Positions 35,420 to 44,900 of a DNA stretch of 46,746 nucleotides are shown here, piece after piece (position 1 is the stretch's first letter; every line of letters starts with the position of its first letter). The notes below the pieces were generated by a model. The model was not told where the DNA came from, searched no databases, and was given only the letters and a program-made list of their open reading frames with translations. A program made the position numbers and the translations under genes. The stretch is from Struthio camelus (lineage: Eukaryota). The stretch covers positions 935,107-981,852 of the forward strand of contig NC_090973.1 in the NCBI RefSeq assembly GCF_040807025.1, in the 5' to 3' direction.

Positions 35420-37010
35420 GCGCCGGGAGAGGGACCCAGGTGTCCGGGGAGGGACCCAGGTGTCCGGGGAGGGACCCAGGCGTCCGGGAGGGACCCAGGC
35501 ATCCGGGAAGGACCCAGGAGTCCGGGCAGGGACCCAGGTGTCCGGGCAGGACTGAGGCATCCGCATCCACTACCCTGGTTTTACTCAACCCATTGGAGCT
35601 CTCCAAAGGGGCCCAGGCATCCGGGCGCTGCCCCTTGCCCCCCACCCCCACCCCAAGGGGCCCAGATGTCCGGGCGCTGCCCCTTCCCCCCCACCCCCAC
35701 CCCAAGGGGCCCAGGCGTCCAGGCGCGCCGGGCTAATCCCCCACCCCCACCCCGCCCGCCAAGGGCAAAGCCTAGAGAGAGGGCCCAGGCGTCCGGCTCT
35801 CCCCTCCCCCAGCCCCAAGGGACCCAGGCGTCCGGGCGCTGCCCTCCTCCGCCCCCCCCCCCCCCGCTTCGCTCGGAAGGGCCCAGGCGTCCAGGCGCTG
35901 CCCTCCTCCCTCCCCCCCCAACCTCGGGCTCAGAAGGGCCCAGGCGTCCGGGCGCGCCAGGCTAATCCCCATCTGCTCAGTGGCTAATCCCCGCCAAGGG
36001 CAGAGCCGAGAGGGCCCAGGCGTCCGGGCGCTGCCTCTCCCCCCCCCAACCTCGGGCTCAGAAGGGCCCAGGCATCCGGGTGCTGCCCCTCCCCCACCCT
36101 GCTCAGAAAAGGGCCCAGGCGTCCGGGCGCTGTCCAGTGCTGAAGGGCGGCCGGCGCCGGGAAGGGAGGGGACGGGGACCCTGTGGGTGCCCTTGGGGGT
36201 CCCCAGGGGCCATGTGGGTGCTGTGGGGTGGGTGTAGGGGCACCGTGGGGCAGGGTGGCACCCACGGGTCACGGTGGCACCCACAGTTTGGGGTAGCACC
36301 TATGGGTCATGGTGGCACCCACGAGTTGTGGTGACCCCCATGGGCCACGGTGGCACCCATGGGCCATGGTGACACCCACAGTTTGGGGTGACCCCCATGG
36401 GTCACGGTGGCACCCATGAGTCATGGTGGCACCTATGGGTCATGGTGGCACCCACGAGTTGTGGTGACCCCCATGGACCACGGTGGCACCCATGGGCCAT
36501 GGTGACACCCACAGTTTGGGGTGACCCCCATGGGTCACGGTGGCACCCATGAGTCATGGTGGCACCTATGGGTCATGGTGGCACCCACGAGTTGTGGTGA
36601 TCCCCATGGGTCACGGTGGCGCCCATGGGCCATGGTGGCACCTATGGGTCATGGTGGCACCCACGAGTTGTGGTGATCCCCATGGGTCACGGTGGCACCC
36701 ATGGGCCATGGCGATACCCACAGTTTGGGGTGGCACCTATGGGTCACGGTGGCACCCATGGGCCATGGTGGCACCCACAGTTCGAGGTGACATCCATGCG
36801 TCATGGTGGCACCCATGGCTTGTGGTGGCATCCATGGGCCACGGTGGCACCCGTTGGTCATGATGCCACCCACGGGGCATGGTGGCACCCACAGGCTATG
36901 GTGACACCCACGGGTTGTGGTGGCACCTATGAGTCACAGTGGCACCTATGGGCCATGGTGACACCCACGGGTCGTGGTGGCACCCATGGGTCATGATGGC
37001 ACCCACGGGT
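35420..37010. repeat. TLCD3B intron 2: gggacccaggtgtccgggga / gggcccaggcgtccgggcgctgcc repeats (35420-36130), then a 19-20-bp ggtggcacccatgggtcac minisatellite (36180-37010)
   Basis: Direct tandem recurrence. These share the GGCCCAGGCGTCCGGG core with the arrays at 32400-33425 and 44900-46746. Confidence 0.85.
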
Positions 37011-37032
37011 GCCCAGGCCAGGCCGTACTCAC

Positions 37033-37116
37033 TGGTCATCGATGACATGGTGGCAGGAGCTGGAGATGATGTATCCGGCCGTGGTGGCCATGATGGCCTG
37101 CACCGAGGACACCAGC
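37033..37116 (-). CDS. TLCD3B: TLCD3B coding exon 2 (R)LVSSVQAIMATTAGYIISSSCHHVIDD(Q)
   Basis: Minus-strand acceptor ccccccag|G and donor gacca|GTGAGTACGG. Matches human LVSSVQAIMASTAGYIVSTSCKHIIDDQ. Confidence 0.8.
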
Positions 37117-37129
37117 CTGGGGGGGGGGG

Positions 37130-39350
37130 GGACACGGGGACGTCAAGGGACATCGAGGGACGGGGACGTTGGGGACATGAGGGGACGGGGCCCTGAGCGG
37201 GTGGCAGCCACCCCTGCGGCCACCCCCCGCTGCCACTTGTCCCCAGCCCTGTCCCCAAGCTGCTGCCATCCCTGTCCCCACGGTCCTCGCGGTGTCCCCG
37301 TCCCCACGTTGTCTCCACAATGTCCCCGGCTGTCTCCATGTTGTCCCCATGCCATCCCTGTCCCTGTCCCCTCGCTGTCCCCATTCCCCCGTGTCCCCAT
37401 CCCTGTCACTGTCCCCTCATTGTCCTTGTTCCCTCATTGTCCCCGTCCCCACAGTGTCCCCAGCCCTGTCCCCGTCCCCTCATTGTCCCCACACCGTCCC
37501 CCTCCCCAGTGTCCCCATCCCGGTCGCTGTCCCGTCACCGTCCCCACGACGTCCCCGTCCCCATAGTGTCCCCAACCCCTCATTGTCCCCATCCCCATCC
37601 CCTCATTGTCCTCTCGTTGTCTCCGTCCCCACGGTGCCCCTGTCCCTGTCCCCTTGTTGTCCCCACGCTGTCCCCGTCCCCTTGTTGTTTCTGTCCCCTC
37701 CTTGTCCCCTTGTTGTCCCCATGCCGTGTGTGTCCCTGTCCCCGTCCCCTCAGTGTCCCCTTGTTGTCCCCGTCCCCTCACTGTCCCCCCAGTGTCCTCT
37801 CCTTGTCCCCATCCCCTCCCCATCCCACTGTTGTCCCTGTCCCCTCAGTGTCCCTGCCCTCAGTGTCCCCCCACCCCCTCAGTGTCCCCTGTGTCCCCTC
37901 CCCATCTCCTCAGTGTCCCCACACCGTCCCCGTCTCCTCAGTGTCCCCTCAGTGTCCCCACCCTCTCCCCCTGCCCTCATTGTCCCCCCTGTCCCCTCAG
38001 TGTCCCCACACTGTCCCCATCCCCTCAGTCTCCCCTCACTGTCCCCATCCCCTCCCCGCCCTCCCCGTCCCCTCAGTGTCCCCTCAATGTCCTCACATTG
38101 TCCCCATCACCCTGTTGCCCCCTCAGTGTCCCCTCAGTGTCCGCCCGTGTCCCCATCCCTCCACCCCCCCGTTGTCCCCTCAGTGTCCCCACACTGTCCT
38201 CATCTCCCATCCCCTCCCCGTCCCCCCAGTGTCCCCATCCCTTCCCCCATCCCCACCCCGTCCCCTCAGGGTCCCCACACCGTCCCTGTCCCCTCAGTGT
38301 CCTCTCAGTGTCCCCATCCCCCTGTTGTCCCCTCAGCGTCCCCCCCATGCCCTCAGTGTCCCCACACTGTCCCCGTCCCCCCTCCCCTCCCCGCAGTGTC
38401 CCCTCAGTGTCCCCCTCCCCCGTCCCATCAGTGTCCCCTCAGTGTCCCCTCAGTGTCCCCTCAGTGTCCCCATCCCCTCCCCCATCCCCACACTGTTCCC
38501 ATCCCCCCCCAGTGTCCCCACACTGTCCCCGTCCCCTCAGTGTCCCAATCGCCCCCTCAGTGTCCCAATCGCCCCGTTGTCCCCTCAGTGTCCCCATCCC
38601 CCCTCAGTGTCCCCTCAGTGTCCCCATCCCCTCCCCCATCCCCACACTGTCCCCATCCCCCCCCAGTGTCCCCACACTGTCCTCGTCCCCTCAGTGACCC
38701 AATCGCCCCGTTGTCCCCTCAGTGTCCCCCTCCCCCGTCCCCTCAGTGTCCCCTCAGTGTCCCCTCAGTCCCCCCATCCCCTCCCCCGTCCCCTCAGTCC
38801 CCCCCTCCCCCCGTTGTCCCCTCAGTGTCCCCATCCCCTCCCCCCTCCCCTCAGTGTCCCCTCAGTGTCCCCATCCCCTCCCCCCCTCAGTGTCCCCTCA
38901 GTGTCCCCCTCCCCCCTCCCCTCAGTGTCCCCTCAGTGTCCCCCATCCCCTCCCCCCTCCCCTCAGTGTCCCCTCAGTGTCCCCATCCCCTCCCCCGTCC
39001 CCTCAGTGTCCCCCCATCCCCTCAGTGTCCCCCTCCCCCATCCCCTCAGTGTCCCCTCAGTGTCCCCATCCCCTCCCCCCCTCAGTGTCCCCTCAGTGTC
39101 CCCATCCCCTCCCCCGTCCCCTCAGTGTCCCCTCAGTGTCCCCCTCCCCCTCCCCCCATCCCCTCAGTGTCCCCTCAGTGTCCCCCTCCCCCTCCCCCCA
39201 TCCCCTCAGTGTCCCCTCAGTGTCCCCCTCCCCCCTCCCCTCAGTGTCCCCTCAGTGTCCCCTCAGTGTCCCCCTCCCCCATCCCCTCAGTGTCCCCCTC
39301 CCCCCCTCCCCTCAGTGCCCCCCCGTCCCCTCCTCGCCCCCCCCCCACCC
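37130..39350. repeat. C-rich 24-30-bp minisatellite (tgtccccatcccctcagtgtcccctcag family), about 2.2 kb, filling TLCD3B intron 1
   Basis: Continuous recurrence of cctcagtgtcccc. The plus strand is Pro/Ser-codon-like, which explains the long artefactual ORFs here. Confidence 0.85.
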
Positions 39351-39356
39351 CGGTAC

Positions 39357-39493
39357 CGGGCGGCGACGATGACGGCGTCGGGCTCGGGCCAGCGCAGCCC
39401 CGGCAGCCGCCGCAGCCCGGCCCGGGCCGCCAGGAAGAGCCCGGGGAAGAAGACGAAGCCGCCGGCCAGCAGGGCACCCGGGGGGGCCGCCAT
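39357..39493 (-). CDS. TLCD3B: TLC domain-containing protein 3B (FAM57B), coding exon 1: MAAPPGALLAGGFVFFPGLFLAARAGLRRLPGLRWPEPDAVIVAA(R)
   Basis: Minus-strand ATG (plus CAT at 39491-39493). Matches the human TLCD3B N-terminus M..VAGGVVFPGLFLLSKNTLQRLPQLRWEEADAVIVSAR. Donor cccg|GTACCG on the minus strand, phase 2. Confidence 0.8.
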
Positions 39494-39499
39494 GAGCGG

Positions 39500-40900
39500 G
39501 GGGGGGCGGGGGGCGGGGGGGGGCACAGGGACCTGCCCGGCCCGGCCCGGCCCGCCGGCCCCGCCGGGAGCGACGCTGGGGGCGGGGCCTGAGGGGGGCG
39601 GGGCAACAGAGGGGGCGGGGTCTGAGGGGGGCACAGGGACCTGCCCGGCCCGCCGGCCCCGCCGGGAGCGACGCTGGGGGCGGGGCCTGAGGGGGGCGGG
39701 GCTTGAGGGGGCGGGGTCTGAGGGGGGGCACAGGGACCTGCCCGGCCCGGCCCGGCCCGCCGGCCCCGCCGGGAGCGACGCTGGGGGCGGGGCCTGAGGG
39801 GGGCGGGGCTTGAGGGGGCGGGGTCTGAGGGGGGCACAGGGACCTGCCCGGCCCGGCCCGGCCCGCCGGCCCCGCCGGGAGCGACGCTGGGGGCGGGGCC
39901 TGAGGGGGGCGGGGTCTGAGGGGGCGGGGTCTGAGGAGGGGCACAGGGACCTGCCCGGCCCGCCGGCCCCGCCGGGAGCGATGGTGGGGGCGGGGCCTGA
40001 GGGGGGCGGGGCCTGAGGGGGGCGGGGTCTGAGGGGGGTGGGGTCTGAGGGGGGCACAGGGACCTGCCCGGCTCGGCCCGGCCCGCCGGCCCCGCCGGGA
40101 GCGACGCTGGGGGCGGGGCCTGAGGGGGGCGGGGTCTGAAGGGGGCGGGGTCTGAGGGGGGGCACAGGGACCTGCCCGGCCCGCCGGCCCCGCCGGGAGC
40201 GACGCTGGGGGCGGGGCCTGAGGGGGGCGGGGTCTGAGGGGGCGGGGTCTGAGGGGGGCACAGGGACCTGCCCGGCCCGCCGGCCCCGCCGGGAGCGACG
40301 CTGGGGGCGGGGCCTGAGGGGGGCGGGGCCTGAGGGGGCGGGGCCTGAGGGGGGGGGCACAGGGACCTGCCCGGCCCGCCGGCCCCGCCGGGAGCGATGG
40401 TGGGGGCGGGGCCTGAGGGGGGTGGGGCCTGAGGGGGGGGCACAGGGACCTGCCCGGCCCGCCGACCCCGCCGGGAGCGATGCTGGGGGCGGGGCCTGAG
40501 GGGGGCGGGGCCTGAGGGGGGGCACAGGGACCTGCCCGGCCCGGCCCGGCCCGCCGGGAGCGACGCTGGGGGCGGGGCCTGAGGGGGGCGGGGTCTGAAG
40601 GGGGCGGGGTCTGAAGGGGGGCACAGGGACCTGCCCGGCCCGGCTCCGCCCTGCCGGAAGCAATGCTGGGGGGGGTCTGAATGGGGGCGGGGCCTGAGGG
40701 GGGCGGAGTCACAGGGGGATGCAGGGACCTGCCTGGCCCTGCCGGGAGTGATGCTGGCGGCGGGGCCATGGGGCGGGGTCACAGGGGGTGGGGCCTAAGG
40801 GGGCGGGGGGCTACCTGGCCCGGCCCGGCCCTGCCTTGGGGGTGACCCTGGGGGCGGGGCCTAAAGGGGGCGGGGCCTAAAGGGGGCGGGGCGTGAGGGC
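39500..40900. repeat. About 105-bp tandem repeat, about 13 copies, rich in GC-boxes (GGGGCGGGGCCTGAGGGG), immediately upstream of the TLCD3B ATG (5' UTR or proximal promoter)
   Basis: cacagggacctgcccgg recurs at 39525, 39633, 39730, 39837, 39944, 40055, 40164, 40260, 40360, 40443, 40524, 40623 and 40716. Confidence 0.9.
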
Positions 40901-41197
40901 AGCCCAGGGAGGGGGCACCATTCTGGTGGGGGGGGGGAGCTAGCCCCACTGGGAGGGATGTGGGGGTGGGGCTACGGTGGGAGGAGCGAAGTGGGGGCGG
41001 GCCTTGGGGGAAAGTGTTGAGGGGCGGGGCCTCCAGGGGGAGGGATGTGGGGCGGGGCTAAAGGGAAAGGAGGGGGGGTGCCCTGCTTCCCACTCCCCCC
41101 TTCCAAAATGGCAAGGAGAAGGGACCCGGGCGTCCTGCCACTCCCCCCCAACAGCGTTCCCAGGCCCCGCCCCCGCCCCTCCCCACGGGAAACCCTC

Positions 41198-41390
41198 ATT
41201 TGCATATATTTGCATATCACTTGTAGGCCCCTCCCCACTGGGAGGGGGCAGGTTGGGGGGAGGAGCTGAGCCAGACCCTCTGCGTGCATGCAGCCAGCAC
41301 GCCATCGCACCTAGACGTATTTGCACATATTTGCATAAATTTGCAAACATTTGCATACATTTGTGTACATTTGCCTACATTTGTGCGCGC
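41198..41390. promoter_or_regulatory. 10-bp-phased array of octamer motifs ATTTGCAT (POU/Oct site) and single-base variants
   Basis: Perfect ATTTGCAT at 41198, 41208, 41329 and 41349. Variants atttgcac, atttgcaa, atttgtgt, atttgcct and atttgtgc sit at exact 10-bp spacing through 41319-41386. Another ATTTGCAT is at 41944. Confidence 0.6.
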
Positions 41391-41399
41391 CCCTCCCCC

Positions 41400-41850
41400 T
41401 CGAGGGCGCCGCGCGTTGTCCGAGCAACGGCCGCCGCCGAGCCGGGTGGCGCTCGGCGCATGCGCCGCCCGCCACCCGCCAGCGCCCCTCCCTATTGGCC
41501 GCGGCCGGCAGCCAATGGGAGGCGGCGGGACGCGGCGCGTTGCCAGGCAGAGTCTCGGCGCGCCGCGCTGAAAGGGCGGCTCCGATTGGCGCCGGGGCCA
41601 GCGCCTGAGGCGAAGGCGCCACCGCGCCGCGCGCCTCGCTGATTGGCCCCGCCGGGAGTGTCCCCACTCTGTGGGCAACGCCCCTCTCCACCCCCGGCCA
41701 ATAGGAAGGCGCGAGGCGGCGTTTCCATGGCACCCGCACCGCCTCCCGCTTCCGGGTGGCTACCTCAGCACCGCCTCGCTGGAGCGCGCGCCGGGTGGGG
41801 GGGGGGAGGTGTTGCCGCAGCAACCGCGCATGCGCGTCAGAGGGTCATTA
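41400..41850. promoter_or_regulatory. CpG-island promoter, probably bidirectional (TLCD3B on the minus side). It has five CCAAT/ATTGG boxes and two GCGCATGCGC (NRF1-like) palindromes.
   Basis: ATTGG at 41494, 41585 and 41642. CCAAT at 41512 and 41697. gcgcatgcgc at 41457-41466 and 41826-41835. Very high CpG density and no TATA box. Confidence 0.6.
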
Positions 41851-42075
41851 GTATTCATGAAGGGCACCGCGACTACATGAATATTTATGAGGAAGGCGGG
41901 GCCTTGCTGAGTGGCGGGGTGGGCGGGGCTCCCGGACAGGGTGATTTGCATACAACAGCCCTTCATGCGGAAGGGTGGGTGCAGGGCTCATGAATATTGA
42001 TGAGGACATGTCATAAATTATTAATGAGGGAGATGCAGCTCTTCTCCCACGTGACTGTGGGAAATAGCCCCTCCC

Positions 42076-42477
42076 ATTGCCATGGAAACTGAGGCCTATT
42101 CGGTTGCCATGGAGACTGTCAGCCCAGGGGGGGGAGGAGCTGTCCTGTCGCCATGGAGATTGTCAGTCAGCTCGGGGGGGGGGTTCTACCCTGTCACCAT
42201 GGCGACTGTTACAGTGGTTGGGGGGGTGTCCTACTGCCATCACCATGGAAACCACAACCTTCCTGGTTGCCATGGAAACTGTCAGTCTGCTGGGGGGGCA
42301 CTACCCTGTCGCCGTGGCGACTGTCACAGTGGTCTGAGGCCTACCCCCGTTGCCATGGAAACCGGGACCTACCCCCCCCCACCATCGCCACACACATTGG
42401 GGAGGGCTCCCCCCACCTACCTGGTTGCCATGGCAACCACCACCGTGCACCTACCCCCCCCAGGTCGCCACGGCGAC
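42076..42477. promoter_or_regulatory. Array of about 10 RFX-type X-box palindromes (GTYGCCATGGMRAC), including a perfect GTTGCCATGGCAAC at 42424-42437
   Basis: gttgccatggaaac at 42078, 42267 and 42351. gttgccatggagac at 42104. gtcgccatggagat at 42147. gtcaccatggcgac at 42193. gtcgccgtggcgac at 42308. gtcgccacggcgac at 42464. Confidence 0.55.
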
Positions 42478-42612
42478 CGCCTCCCCCCCCCCTCAAAACC
42501 AGGCCCTCGCGGCCTGGCCCGTTTCCACGGTTACCCGGAGCCTGCCGGCAGTTTGGGGGGGGCCAGGCCCCTCCCCGGCGCCCAGGCCAGGGGCCGGCGG
42601 GGGCGGGGGGGG

Positions 42613-42732
42613 CTATTTTTAGCCCCCGAAAAGGCCAGGGGTCGGCGGAAAGGTCGCCGGGGGGGGGGGAGGCCCTAGATAAGGGGCGGCGCTGGGGGGC
42701 CGGGGGGCAGCGGGACCCGGCGCTGCCCCACG
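42613..42732 (+). promoter_or_regulatory. Candidate muscle-type alternative promoter and non-coding first exon. It has a MEF2/TATA-like CTATTTTTAG (42613-42622) and a GATA motif AGATAA (42677-42682). The exon would end at donor cacg|GTGAGT (42732/42733).
   Basis: The only A/T-rich MEF2 consensus in a GC-rich context. It is followed about 110 nt later by a perfect GTGAGT donor. Compatible with an ALDOA-like pM exon. Confidence 0.3.
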
Positions 42733-42779
42733 GTGAGTCGGGGGGTCCCTGCGGCCCCCTGGGGTGGGGGGGATACCCC

Positions 42780-44100
42780 CCCGTGCCCTAAATAACCCCC
42801 CTGACACCCCAAATACCCCCCTGACACCCCCCTGGGCAGCTCTATAACCCCCCCCAGCACCCTAAATACCCCCCCGGCACCCCCATATCCCCCTCAACAC
42901 CCCAAATACCCCCCTGACACCCCAAATACCCCCCTGACACCCCCCTGGGCAGCTCTATACCCCCCCAGCACCCTAAATACCCCCCCTGGCACCCCCATAT
43001 CCCCCTCAACACCCCAAATACCCCCCTGGCACCCCAAATGCCCCCCTGGCACCCCCCCCGGCAGCCCTATACCCCCCCTGGCACCCCAAATGCCCCCCCG
43101 GCACCTCTCTCAGCACCCCCAAATACCCCCCCCGACACCCCCCTGGGCAGTCCTATACCCCCCTGGCACCCCAAATACCCCCCTGACACCCCCCCCGGCA
43201 CCCCAAATACCCTCCAGGGCTCCCCCAAATGCCCACCCAGGATCACATATACCCCCCTAGACCCCCCGCAAATACTCCGTGGGACCCCCTAAATACCCAC
43301 CCAGGACCCTATATGTCCTCCTAGACCCCCCAAATACTCCCTCAGCACCCCAAATACCCTCCCTGACCCCCCCAAATATCCCCTGAGACCCCCAAATTCC
43401 CCTCTGGAATGCCAACTACCACCCAGGACCCCATATACTCCCCTAGACCCCCTCAAATAACCCCCTGTGACCCCCCAAATACCCACCCAGGACCCCAAAT
43501 ACTCACCCAGGACCCCATACGCTCCTGTAGACCCCCCCCAAATAACCCCCAGGACCCCCCCAAATACCCACCCAGGACCCCAAATATCCCCAAATAACCC
43601 CCCTAGACCCCCCAAATTCCCCCCCAGGACCCCAAATACACCCCTAGACCCCCCCCAAATAACCCCAGGACCCCCAAATCCCCCCCAGGACCCCAAATAC
43701 CCATCCAGGACCCCAAATACCCCCTTAGACCCCCCCAAATAACCCCCAGGACCCCCCAAATACCCACCGAGGACCCCAAATGCCCCCCAGACCTCCCAAA
43801 TAACCCCTGGGACCCCCAAATACCCACCCAGGACCCCCTATTACCCCCAGACTCCCCCCAAATAACCCCCGAGACCCCCAAATCCCCCCCAGGACCCCAA
43901 ATACCCACCTAGGACCCCCCTAAACCCCCAAATAACCCCTGGGGCCCCCAAATCCCCCCCAGGACCCCAAATACCCACCTAGGACCCCCCTTAAACCCCC
44001 CCAAATAACCCCTGGGACCCCCAAATCCCCCCCAGGACCCCAAATACCCACCTAGGACCCCCCTAAACCCCCAAATAACCCCCGGGACCCCCCCCAATTC
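42780..44100. repeat. 20-30-bp minisatellite ccccaaatacccccctgacacc / cccaggaccccaaatacccac
   Basis: Continuous recurrence of ccaaata(c/a)cc. Confidence 0.85.
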
Positions 44101-44143
44101 CCCCCCGGGACCCCAATCCCCCCCGTCCCCCCCCCCCGCGCGG

Positions 44144-44266
44144 TGACTCAGCGCTCGGCGGCGCGGCCCCTTTAAGCGCCCCCCTCGCCCCTCCCGCCGC
44201 TTCCTCTGACGTCACAGCCCCCCCCCCGCACCGCACGCGCGCGCCGCAGCCTCGGCGCGAGACCAG
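44144..44266 (+). promoter_or_regulatory. Candidate promoter and non-coding first exon. It has AP-1 TGACTCA (44144-44150), TTTAAG (44171-44176) and CRE TGACGTCA (44207-44214). The exon would end at donor accag|GTGGGG (44266/44267).
   Basis: A unique, non-repetitive GC-rich island between two satellite arrays, with canonical motifs and a donor. No ORF is present. Confidence 0.3.
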
Positions 44267-44289
44267 GTGGGGCCCGGGGGGGGGGGCGG

Positions 44290-44900
44290 CAGGTTTTGGG
44301 GCGAAAAAGTCGGGTTTTGGGGCCAAACGTGTGGAGATTGGGGGAGGGGGTGGGTTTTGGGGCCAAACGTGTGGAGATTGGGGGCTGGGGGCGGGTTTTG
44401 GGGCTAAACGTGTGGAGATTGGGGGCTGGGGGGTGGATTTTGGGGCTAAACGTGTGGAGATTGGGGGCTGGGGGCGGGTTTTGGGGCTAAAAGTGTGGAG
44501 ATTGGGGGAGGTGGGTGGGTTTTGGGGCAGAAAATGTAGATTTTGGGCTTGGGGGAAGACTTGAGGGCAGATTTGGGGGCTGGGGGCAGATTTGGGGCTG
44601 AAAAGGTAGCTTTAGGGGGCTGGGGGGCAAATAGGGGACTGTGGGGGCAGATTTTGGGGCTGGAAAGAGATTTTGGGGTGGAGGAGCAGATTTTTGGGGT
44701 GGGGGAGCAGATTTTGGGGCTGTGGGGGCACATTTTGGGATGAAGGAGCAGATTTTTGGGGCTGTGGGGGTAGATTTTGGGGTGCAGGAGCAGATTTTTG
44801 GGGCTAGCATGGCAGATTTTGGGGTGGGGGGGCAGATTTAGGGGGGGAAGAGCAGGTTTTGGGGCTGGAAAGGCAGATTTTGGGGCTGTGGGGAGCAGAT
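44290..44900. repeat. About 60-bp gggttttggggccaaacgtgtggagattgggggctggggg repeat (about 4 copies), then about 40-bp gcagattttggggctgtggggg repeats
   Basis: Direct tandem recurrence. Confidence 0.85.
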
